Shown piece after piece: positions 52,601 to 64,000 of a stretch of 64,000 nucleotides of DNA. Origin of the DNA: Bugula neritina (taxonomy: Eukaryota; Animalia; Bryozoa); the NCBI GenBank assembly GCA_964035545.1, contig OZ037768.1:6418741-6482740 (forward strand), given 5' to 3'. The notes under the pieces were generated by a model. The model searched no databases. It had not been told where the DNA came from and saw nothing but the letters and a program-made list of their open reading frames with translations. The translations under genes were made by a program, and so were the position numbers. The first letter of the stretch is position 1. Each line of letters starts with the position of its first letter.

Positions 52601-55600
52601 AACAAATTTTCTTTTTAGACGTCACTTTCTACTGAAAGGGTGAACAATAGGAGGAAACAAAAATTAATAAGCATCTAAGATTGCTACTATTGCAGCCATT
52701 ACAAAACTTGATGAAGAAATATGCACCTTTCCATGAATATCATTTAAAGTACATCCTGTTAACACGCTATCAGTCATTGACCTATGCACATATGCTACGG
52801 TTATGAATATAAATATACTGTTTCACAATAGACTTATATGTGCATTAGACAGCAATAAGTATTTATAGAGGCACTACATCAACTGTGCCTCACAGTGATG
52901 GTATGCTCTGAACATGTTGTGAAGCACACCATAGTCATAAATGCCAACAGTGCAACATGTGGAGGTAGTTACCTTGCAGTGTTGGAGTTTGTGTTTAGCC
53001 ATATCTGCGAGACTAGAACAAACTTCGTCACAGATTACACAAGTTAGAGAAACCGGGCCAAAGTGAACTCGGGAGTGTTTGTCTAACTCTGAATATGTCT
53101 ACATAATATAATAATATAATGCATAATATAATATAATACATAACATAATATAATACATAATATAATATAATACTTAACACAATATAATACATAACATAAT
53201 ACAGTACATAATATAATATAATATAAAATGATATAAAACAGTATATATTATAATAAAGCATGTATGTGATACAATACAATGTAATGCAACATAATACATA
53301 AAATAATATAATACAATATAATATAGTACGCATAATATAATATAACATTTTACAATATACGAAAATATACTATAACACATTATATAATACACTATAATAT
53401 AATACAATTATTATATATAATATAGTACATCGATTTTATAGTAGATATTACATGCTAGAATTCTTCAGTTATAAAAGTTGTCCCTATTCAGTCAACTGGG
53501 AATTATTTCACTAGAAAAAAACTCATAAAATAAAGGTAAACCTGGTAAGTATTGAACAGGTGATAGTAATTAGCAACAATTAGCACTTATGATGATACAC
53601 ACTACTATTGCAATGTGATCTAAACTCATGATACAAAATGATCCTTCGAAAGGAAATTCACAACCTATGGGGTAGCACCCTGGAGAAACCATGCAGCTAG
53701 AAGAAAAGCATAAACGTATGTCCCTGGGGGAACATTATTTTTAATAAACACACAAAAACCAAATGAGTCTGTTGAATTTTGTTGAGTGAAAACTTATGCA
53801 GGGCACAAGCTTACTTTTGCTAAACATATGTATTATTATTTTAAATTACAATAACAAGTTTACTTTTCTCAATGTTCCTGAAATTCTCTAACTACAACTT
53901 ACATTATGCCATATGACAACTGTTAATTTTCTCACATGGAAAAATGATTTTAATTAAAAACTACATAATTATTTTGCTAATTTGGTTGGTATTTTGCTTA
54001 GATTTTCAAAGTTGTAAAATTTTTAATAGACATTAGCTGCATATTTTTGTTAAATAAATTTTGTCCCAAATTTTAGTTGCTTGAAATTTATCTTTTGTTT
54101 AGCAAGTTTAAAAGATAGATGAGTAGAAATTACACAAGTGCAAAATAATAAACTAAAGGTTTTAACATTTTCAAACCAATTTATAACTAAACGAGACTTG
54201 TTTTTGTCGATTTCCAACGAAACATAAGATGTGATGAAGCTACACCAGCATATATATTAATTTAAATACGGCAGTTTTAGTACCTTAAACGCCTTGCCAC
54301 AAGTAGAACATGCTGTGCTAAACATCTTAGTCTGTACTACGCTGGTGGAAGAGCTGCTGCTACTATTACTAGAATGCTTTTCAATAGTTCTACATTGCCA
54401 GGGTTTAGCTGAAGAGTGACTTTTCCTCTTGTGCTCTTCGTACACTTCTTCTGAATGGAACACTCGGTCACATATTGCACATTGAAAGGGAGCTACGACA
54501 TCATTTGTTACCGCCTGCGTTGAAATATTAAAAACAAATTAAAATGTTTGGCAATATTTCAGTTGGTTGTGACAAAAAAATATGTGCTTTAAAAATGGAA
54601 CTAAAGTTTTTTTGTAAATATTCGTTTGCGAATTTCAGATAAATAACAACTTTGCTCTACAACTGTAGTAATGTAAATTATTTTTATAGGAAACGAATCA
54701 TACAAATTACAATTTATACAATAATTAGTGTAGAAGAATTAAAAAACTGTGTGACTTATGCACCTGATTAGAAGATTGAGAATGACTCTCTGTATGCAGC
54801 TGGCGGGAATGTTCCTTCTGTATGTGTTTGTCCAGTAAGTATTCAACAGCAAACCCTTCTCCACAAAGTGAGCATTGGAACGACTGCAGGAAGGCAAATT
54901 ATTTTCATTTATCTATCAGGAAATATGAATGGTGAGTGATCATCTAACAACATTCTCTTTAATTACTGTATATCAATTCAATCAAAAAAATAATCATCAA
55001 TTGATTTTCCCAACTGCTACCTCAGTCTTTACCTATTTTCTAGACAGATGACATGCATGTTGCTTATAAGCCACCCTAGCACCTTATGATAAATATTGCA
55101 GAAAAACATTTGTATGACTGCTTTTGCATGGCCTTAATACCAGGTTTAGCTGACCTTCAGAGACCAGGGAATTTCCAATGTATAATATCAGGGAACTTCC
55201 AAGGAGTAATACTTGGGAAACTCAACATAAATGAGAATTCTGATCTTACCTTCAAGTTAACTGACTAAAGCCCAGTTTACTAGTACTTCACTTAAAATTT
55301 AACAGCTGACAATTTGCTAATTACACTTACTCTTTGATGTGTGAGTACATGAAGTTTCAGTTCAGATTCAGCTCGAAATGTCATAATGCAGTAAGGACAT
55401 TGAAACTGTTCCTTCTTAACATGTGATAGAGAACTGGAGGGGAGAACTAAGTCCATGTGCATCTGAAGCATATGCGTCCTCCATGATGAGACGTCATCAA
55501 AAGGGTGGCCACAGCATGCACACTTGTATGCTTTGTTCTCGTTACTATGCTCCATGGTGAGGTGTATCTGTGTATTAATATAGTAATCAGCAAGTATTAG

Positions 55601-58600
55601 CACAGCTTCTGCGTTTAAGTAACAACTTGAATTATCAACATAACCTGAATTCAAGTTGCAGGCAAGTTTTTGAAGTATAAAATTCAATCCGAAGCATAGC
55701 TTCTGGTAAACAAAAATATTTATATTTTCAAGTAAAAATTTTCAAATGAAAATTGTTTTAAAGAAATAACTTAAATTTAACAGTTGAGTGTTTAATGAAA
55801 ATTTTGGATTTTTTTCAACATTTAGAAATTGAGAACTTTTATAGTACATTTTTAAATAATAAAATGTACAACATGTAATAGCACATTTTATGTAGCTAAG
55901 AAAAATGTCATAATCTAATTGACTTGGAAGAGCAATAAGTGCTCATCAACATGCTGTGTTGAATCTAGTTCAATAAATCTCTCAACTTTACTATATAAAT
56001 TACACACAGTGTATATGTGTGTGTATATACACGTGCAATAAAATACACTTGAGAAAATAATATATATAGCTTTATTTAAATTGGAGTTGACATGCTTTTA
56101 ATGATGTCTCTTACAACCAACAATGACCTCTTCAATATTATCACTGACCTTCAAGTCAATCTCTGTAGGAAAAACATCAGCACAAACGAGACACTTGTAA
56201 ATCTTTCTAGAATGTTCAGTTATAAGATGAGCCTGTAACTCATCAACCAATGAGAATGTCTTTTTACAGCATCTGCAGATGTAGAGCCTTCTGGTAGACA
56301 GATAGTGTCTCTCCATGTGGTCCAACTGCTGCTGTGGAGAGGAGACTATTTCTGAACAGACACTGCACTTTGACCTCATCAGCTCCTGGTAACACAGTTA
56401 GCATGCAGCATGGAACAAAAAAAATAATGTTTCGACTGATAAATATTTTGAAACAAAATGAATTATTTATATTTGTGAAACGCTGTCAATCTTTAAACAG
56501 AATCATGACACTTCAGACTGGAATTATATGTCTATATAGTATACATATAAATTAATTTGAATTCAATTCCCTTGAACATTTCAGTACTTTTTATTTTTAA
56601 ACATACTTGTATGTATATCTATAATTAGACTTATTAATAAGGTACTGACATGCATATGGATCTGTAGCATGATTTATTGATGTATTGCTACCCTAATACT
56701 AGGTTTGAAAGCAACATTTAAACATTGAAGAGTGCTGCATTATAATATATATAATGTAATATATATAATGTAATATATATATATAATATATATATATATA
56801 GTTTAATACAATATAATATATATAATATAATGTATAATATGGCATATGATTTTGGCTGTTTTGATAGTTCCTTAGAAATCATGTAATTTTTGTCAATATT
56901 GAAAACATCTTAATTAGGACTTTTTAACATCTGCCAAATATGAATATAACTCTTGCTATAGTTGTATTAAAAATAAATCACAATAAAAACTAACTTACCC
57001 AATGCAAGGTCTGTGTGTGCTCCATCAAAAGTGTAAAAGAAGTAAAACTTTCTCCACAAACTTGGCAATTAACTGGAGATGGCGGACTTCGAGATGACAG
57101 ATCTAAATTTTATTATTTCCAAAGATAAGCATTGTGATGATGCAGCATAAAAATAAACAAAAATAAACCCTATGAAGCTTAGATCTGTTAAACTGGAAAA
57201 GATTGTAGTATTATTGAATAGATATTAAGTAAGGCTGTTTCAATAATAATATAAAAACTATCGAACTTTCATAATTAATCACATGTTCAACTATCTATTC
57301 AATATAATTCGAATAAGTCAGCAAAAGATAGACAATAGAGATTGTTACCTAAAGGGGTTGAAGCCTCCCGGACATCTGTATCAACAGCAGAGCTGGTGGA
57401 AGTGGTGTGTGGTGTCTGTGGTGTGTGTTTGGTGAATATATGAGACATAACGTCTGCTGCTGAAGAGAACACCTTCTTACAAATATAGCAAATCACAGAC
57501 TCTTGGTTCACCATAGAGTTGGAGGAGGTGCTCACCTTCCCATTCCCACTAACACTCTCTGTTGGTAGATTTTCAGCTACGGAGCTCGTGGCGGATTTAA
57601 TTCGCTAATATAGTATAAAACAACATAACTTATTACAAGCCTGCGCTGTAAAGTTATTATTGATAATAAAAATAAAATAAATAATACAGCAAAAATTAAT
57701 AAAGAATAAATCCACGGCTAACTTGGTAGTTATTATTGATATAAATATAAAAAAATATAATAAATAAATAAATAATAAAACAAAAATTGATAAAGAATAT
57801 ATTCAAGTATATAAAGCAACTTACTGAGGGAGTAGCAACTGAGGAGGTTTTACTCTGAGTCCAGCTTGTTGATAAGTAAGAGTCAGCAGTTGCTGTATTA
57901 GATATAGTGCTGCCTTGTGAGTGCTCTTGTTCAATGTGGTGGTTGAGCGTTGGCACCGTAGGAAATGCTGCTTCACAGTGAGGACAAGATAGCAAAGACA
58001 AACCTAAAACAGTCATCATGATTGTAAATGAGGCAAGTGTTGCAGCCTAATACACAATGGCTCTACTGTGAATTGACAAGCACTTGCACGATTAGTCTAT
58101 ATATACTGGAATATTTGTTAGTGACGCTCATATACAATAGAAGATAAATTGAAAATCCCGTAGGGATATGATAATACCAAAGGGTAAAAGAGAACTCCAA
58201 TTAAACCAAAATAGTTTAGCGCACTTGGCATAAATTATTGAAGGGCTGTAATTGGACAAATTATATCAGCTCACTGTTAGCATTGAAAACAGTCTCTGCC
58301 TAATCATAACTAATATATAACTGTCAGGGAAACTGCTCTTACAAGCACTTAAATTATTCTATTCCAGCAAGTATTGTTTTGTATGTTGTGTATGCTGTTG
58401 CTGTCATTACTGGATCTCTATACAGTTTCAAAATATACAATAGTCCGTTGCATACTGAATTAGTACTACATATGCTTGAAATTTCTAGTATTGTAATACA
58501 TGATTATTTTTTGCTAAAACATTAGGAACTGCACGAATGTAAAAAGCAAAATTTAAAAATTTTAAGGTTTCAACTATAAAATGACATATTGCAGTAATCA

Positions 58601-61600
58601 ATAAGTCCATATCTTGATTTTCAGTTTTCATTGAATCCCTGAAGACGTAACAAGACAAGGGAAACATCCAATCAGATATGGAGGTATTGACAAAGGTCAG
58701 GTGTGACAACAATCAATACATAGCCAAGTAAACAACTCGTGAACTACATGAGTCGGTCAAACACTATAATAGCTACTGTATGTAATGTAGCATATATAAT
58801 ACAATAATGTTATATAATATAACAATATTTATATGATAATTAAAATATGATAGGTGCACACTACATAGTATATACAAATCTAATAAAATGAATAATGCCG
58901 GTTTACATAAGCACTTAACTTAAAAGCCTGTAAAAATTAAAAGATAAGAGTTACGTGCTCTAGCCCATTAACAGCTCCAACATAACCATGTAACAATATT
59001 TTGGTGAACAAAATATTGAGCACAAAATAAGTTGATGCCCAAGTTATATTTTAATCATTTTCAAAACCAACATATGCAGGTGAAATATGTCTATATGTTG
59101 ACTACATGTTTGTGTATGTGAACTACATGTTTGTGTATGTTGACCACATGTTTGTGTATGTGGACCACATGTTTGTGTATGTGGACCACATGTTTGTGTA
59201 TGTGGACCACATGTTTGTGTATGTGAACTACATGTTGGTGTATGTGGACCACATGTTTGTGTATGTGAACTACATGTTGGTGTATGTTGACCATATGTTT
59301 GTGTATGTTGACCACATGTTTGTGTATGTTGACCACATGTTTGTGTATGTTGACCATATGTTTGTGTATGTTGACCACATGTTTGTGTATGTTGATCAAA
59401 TGTTTGTGTATGTGGACCACATGTTTGTGTATGCTGCCTGTAGTTGACCAGTGACTTCCTGTTTTGCTGCCATTAACACGGCAGCAGCACCCGAGTAAAC
59501 AGAGCGTGCTACCTGTGCACGTGCTGCAAAATGTGCAGCTTCCAGGCTTGTGGTTATCCTGGAAGATGATGTTTGTTCCTCTGGGATGTGTAGACATTGT
59601 ATTCAGACCTTAGATGTGGGCTTTGGTAGAGATAATTTCCCCAAACAAACCATAACATGTTTAATTTTGTTTTTAGGCACTTGTGAGGCTTCATTCTTAA
59701 ATGATTTGGAACCGAAATGATACCTACTACAAAGTATAGTAGGCTAGGGGTTAAAATAAATTTCACTATCATATAGTTAGAAGCTAAAACCAAGTACAAA
59801 GTTTTCTTAGCTAATTCAACACTTGGTCCTTAGATTAGCCTGTCTTGCAGTTTTCTCTATTTTCTTCCACATACTAGAGTCTGTGGACATGTTTCCCAAA
59901 AATGTATACACTGTGTGGGCATCCATTAAGCATAACCTTAGACTATTTTAACCACCAAAAATAAATGAAAGAACTACGAAGGAAAGTCTAGTCAGTTATA
60001 GTTCTGGGGAGCATAAACCAGGTAAATATCTCAACCATATATTGTTTGGCAATGCCAAAGAATTTATTAGAATCTATTTCGTAAATTCTGTAAATTGCAA
60101 GCAACTATTTTTCCGATCTTAAAAGATGAATTTGATTAAAAAGATAAATTTGTAAGATAAGAGTTCATGTAATATATACATTATATTATATAATATATAA
60201 TGTATAAGCTGAACTTGTAAGATAATGACACTAGGCAATGCACATGTAGTATAATAAATACCTTTACCAGAGTGCATGTGAGTTACATGCTGTTCAAGAG
60301 CCAGTAGTGATGCAAACACCTGCTTCAGACTCTGCTTGGCACAGTGTGTGCAGTGATATTCCAGCGGCTTGCCAGGAAGTGTGAGACCAAAGGAAGTTGT
60401 TTTTGAAGAATGATTGCCATCAGCCGAGGCTGGCACACCATGTGCATGACCTTTGAGATGCTCGTCAAGGTCATAAAGGTTAGAAAATGAGACTCCACAA
60501 AGTTGGCAGCTGTGAACGGCTTGGCTATTCTTCACTGGCAGCTGCAGGTATACAATCATACAATGTGCAGCCATAAATTTAGACATCTATTCTAGACATT
60601 TCTATTCATTGTATAACTACCTAATGTATTAGTGTCTGCAAATTCACACACCATACAGAGTATATTTACCAACTTATGAGAAGCCATTGAGTGGCTAAAC
60701 TTCTTTTTGTTTCCCATTAAACAGATTGACTTATAATAATAAAAAAATGTTAAGTTACTCGTTGTAACCAAGTTGTCTATAACATCTTTCTTCTATATAA
60801 AAATTGATTTTTTGTTTAGAATAGCGTATTTCAAAAAAGCTTAGACTTATTTATAATAAGTTACTGGCAAAAAGAAAAAATTAATATGACAGGAAGTTGA
60901 TCTAGTACGCAATGTTCAATTGAGTAAGGGAAATTCCCTTCAGAGAAGTGTATTTTTAAACTACTGGGTAACTCCTTCCTATGGCCTGAAATTTAAGCAT
61001 ATTATAAGCATTTAGCATATATAAGTATGGCCTGAGATTAGTAGTACATGTAGTGGAGCAGAGGGAAGGTTGGTAGTTTTCAATATACAATTATATTATA
61101 TTTACAATAGCTACCATTTGCCACTCTTCTCACAGCAGTCAGGAACTTATTGTAGTGAGTAAAGAAGATCAAATTTTGTGTGTTTACATTGAAAGTGACT
61201 TTATAAAAGGTAATTTGATTAAAAGACAATTTATGTTTACTAATTATTCAGTAGGCTATTGTAGTAAATACATTGATAAATGTAATTGATCATCAAAAAT
61301 GCTTTCATAGGTGGAAAGTAGAAGGTCAAAAAGAAAAGCTACTCTATTGTTATGTGTTTTAAGCATTTATGCTGATTTTTTTCCAGAAAATTTTGCTTTG
61401 TGTGATGAGCTTGTATGTCTTGGTAGCAGTCAAGCTATAAAGATGGGAGATAGCTCCCGCATATTAGACTGGTGCTAAAAACCTTTAGGCTATATAAAAT
61501 ATAAACTATTTTAAAAAGCAGACTTTTGTAAATAAGCAATTAGCCTTGTTCAAGTTTGTCAAGTGCAATATTATAGACTAGCATTCCATACTGGATTGGT

Positions 61601-61812
61601 AATGGATCACCAGGAATGTACTGTTAAATAGAAATTAAATGTTGCTAAATAAATCCAGAGTATGGACTGTCTGGTTAAGCATCTGCTCCTAAGCTAGACA
61701 TCTATAATATCCAGGACATTTTAGCTTACCCCAATCTGATTGAGAGCCAGGAAAAAGAGTAAAGACTTACTGGTGCTGCTGTACGATTTATCGCTGCCAG
61801 ACGGTCAGACAT
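49685..61812 (-). CDS. ZNF423: ZNF423/ZNF521 (Oaz) family multi-C2H2 zinc-finger transcription factor
   Basis: Family-specific fingers YICRCCKKTFSLVDELQAHL...HSNENKAYKC, YQCIQC...ESENEIKIH, KLQAHLVAHNF, FFFETELVNH. Exons include 60541-60262, 58003-57823, ~57604-57349, ~57102-56999, ~56387-56149, ~55567-55331, ~54884-54764, ~54513-54284, ~52280-52163, 51816-50331, ~50050-49685; candidate first exon 61812-61771. More 5' exons may lie beyond the window. Confidence 0.88.
50197..50269 (-). pseudogene. tRNA-derived element (SINE head or tRNA pseudogene, Ala-TGC-like loop)
   Basis: Intact A-box TGGTGTAGTGCTTAGC and B-box GGTTCGAATCC with loop CTTGCAA, but the acceptor, anticodon and T stems pair poorly. 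Confidence 0.75.
53100..53425. repeat. AT-rich degenerate (TATAA/CATAA)n simple repeat
   Basis: Low-complexity intronic tract; source of the spurious Y/I/L-rich ORFs. Similar tracts at ~46640-46740 and ~56741-56840. Confidence 0.9.
59092..59432. repeat. 21-bp minisatellite (GACCACATGTTTGTGTATGTK), ~16 copies
   Basis: Near-perfect tandem units in the ZNF423 intron between exons at 60262 and 58003. Confidence 0.95.
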
Positions 61813-62282
61813 ATAATATATATAAATAACAATTATAGTCTCACCTCCGCCTACATCACGGCAATACTATTATTACCACGTAGCCACCAAATAACCATTA
61901 AAGCCCGCCAACTGCTCCCTAGATAGCAGCAATTAAGCCTTTCACCAAGATTTTTTTACAGATAAAAAACCATAAATGGCTTTTCCGTAAAAAAGCCGTC
62001 AGATCAAACTTTGTGAAAATTGTAGCGTATAGGCAACGGTAGGGCAGTGCTATTTTTGTCAAGTATTGCAATGAAATGTTGCACAGTAAAATAATTGTAG
62101 TTTACTGTTTTAAGAGCTTTATTTAACAAGTGTTGCAAAGAACTGCCAATTACTTCAATCACCCCAGGAGCCATTTAATTTTAAAAATAATCTTTGACTT
62201 GGTCAAGCTATTGTCTTTAAACTATAGAAAATTTCCTTCAAGAGCACTAAAACTATGAATGAAACTAAACATTTAATAATTA

Positions 62283-62349
62283 GGGTAGATAGATAGATTG
62301 GTAGGTAGGTAGGTAGGCAGGCAGGTAGGTAGGTAGGTGTGTAGGTAGG
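62283..62349. repeat. (GATA)n/(GGTA)n tetranucleotide microsatellite
   Basis: Directly visible tandem units adjoining the palindrome. Confidence 0.9.
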
Positions 62350-62521
62350 TATTATTTAACCTCTTCATATATTTATCCATCTATCTCACTATCTGTCTGT
62401 CTGTCTTTCTATCCATCTATCTACCTACCTACACATGTGTAGGTAGGTAGATAGATGGATAGAAAGACAGACAGACAGATAGAGAGATAGATGGATAAAT
62501 ATATGAAGAGGTTAAATAATA
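62350..62521. repeat. 172-bp spacerless palindrome
   Basis: 86-bp arms centred on ACACA|TGTGT (62435/62436), one mismatch (62388 vs 62483). Confidence 0.95.
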
Positions 62522-64000
62522 ATTACTCTCAATGACTGAAAATAATTGCACTAGCTATGGAAATAAAGAAAGAGATTTAACATAAACTGATTGAATTTCT
62601 GGACTAGTTTTTATCTTCTTCACAAAAAACCATTCAAATTTGTATTTAGTATACTCCCAAAAGGTTTTCAAGAAAAATTCTATTGCCAAATAAACAAGTA
62701 TGAGAAAGATTTTTCTGATGAAAGACGAGGGAGAGGGGGAGTTTTCCTGTCTACTAAATTAATTTTTTTGGGCTAATTGAATTCTTCTGAGGAGACAACC
62801 CTCTAAACTGTTTCAATTAAAAGGGTGGAAGCAAGTTAATGCTTGACGCTTGTGGTTTAAAATTTTAAAAACATGCCGGATCGACATACAAACTTTCAAC
62901 TATATAAAATATCGCTATTCTTACTCATTAATTCTAAACCAGATAGAATTCAATTTCAGATGTGAAAAAAATTAATCTGAACCTTTTATGACCTCAAATA
63001 AGAATAACCGAAAACTAGAGGGAGACAAGCAATAAATATGAGCCTTACATATCAAAATTATTACTTTTTATTTCTATGTATAAATTTGAAACCCAAACAT
63101 TTAACTTGACTCTTTTTTAAATGAGCTTGAGGGCAACAGACATTAAAAAATATCATAACTTTTAAATTAAATACTTCTTTGCTATTTTTATATTTCCGAT
63201 ATAGCATTAAGCCTGCATAAGTTTTTTATTTTCTTTTGCAACAGAGTGAAAAGGAACTAAAAATCGTTCCCATCTCTAATAAAATTTATAAATTTTTTGC
63301 TATAGCAGAGCAATATTATAAAATTGCTCCCCTGAGAAGATTTACTGGCATTACTAGTTCCAGGCTATTTTAGTGTCAGGTGAATCACCGGAAGATAGCA
63401 TACAATGAGCATCACGCTATATAATTGTTATACTTGGATCACCACGCAAGCAAGAGTAAAATCTGAACACTAAATAACAGAGTTCACTCTGCTACATCAA
63501 GGAGTAAGGTTTATAGGACTCGGCTGTATATATACTATAACTACTCTATGCTACCTTACTAGAGCATCTTAATGTAGAATAATATAATTTCATGCATTAT
63601 TAGATACTTTAAACTATGAATGCTTTATAAGCTGCATTCAACATAAACGATCAAACCAAACCTGGTCAAATAATAATGCTGTTTATTTTTCTGTATTTGT
63701 AGGGTCTAGACTCAAGAGAATGAACCTTAGGGCTAGCTAGTACATGAGAGAGGGTTATAAGTTCACACTCCCCATCCAACTGAGAGAACACACTCTAACA
63801 GTGCCAAGATCTAGCGCAGCACTCAATAGCAGACTCGCAGGGCAAGCAATGCCCCTACAGAGTTGGCCAGCAGGGGAATGGTAGTGAGATACAGGCATTG
63901 ACTGCTTGGATATAACACACACTGCTCTCCGTTATATATCAGATATTTTTATGTAGACTACAATTGATTATATGCTTGTCCTTAAAAAGTCCATAAGAGA

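Noticed and set aside
53028-53407. Y/I/L-rich membrane-like ORFs
   Set aside because: Translations of an AT-rich simple repeat; only the last ~20 codons near 53030-53090 may touch a real ZNF423 exon in another frame.
59092-59432. CRISPR-like array
   Set aside because: Contiguous tandem units without unique spacers, eukaryotic context, no cas genes.
61319-61338. ~19-nt similarity to the Dlx exon 3 sequence TAGAAGGTCAAAAGAAAAG
   Set aside because: A-rich, contains an indel, no flanking homology; consistent with chance.

Overview
AT-rich invertebrate (metazoan) genomic DNA with short spliceosomal introns; not prokaryotic, and I cannot name the species. It holds seven multi-exon host genes: ZC3H18 (+), UBE2H (-), a serine dehydratase SDS/SDSL (+), a Distal-less/Dlx homeobox gene (-), a NATD1-like GNAT gene (-), an unannotated secreted Cys-rich protein built from two duplicated 5-exon modules (+), and a ZNF423/ZNF521 (Oaz) multi-zinc-finger gene (-). 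A full-length 7.5-kb Ty3/Gypsy LTR retrotransposon (1329-8835, minus strand) sits in a ZC3H18 intron, with identical 307-bp LTRs, a CTAT TSD, a tRNA-Leu-type PBS, a PPT and a -1 frameshift signal. The most striking observation is its third ORF in the env position, which is not Env. It has no ATG of its own, but a donor after gag codon 14 and a TACTAAC/polypyrimidine/CAG acceptor join in phase. This predicts a spliced ~276-aa protein with a C2H2 finger, an atypical second finger, an Arg/SP-rich tract and a coiled coil, i.e. a candidate nuclear accessory regulator. Smaller items: a MITE, a tRNA-derived element, a 5S-like fragment, minisatellites and a 172-bp spacerless palindrome. All gene models were read by eye and need transcript confirmation.
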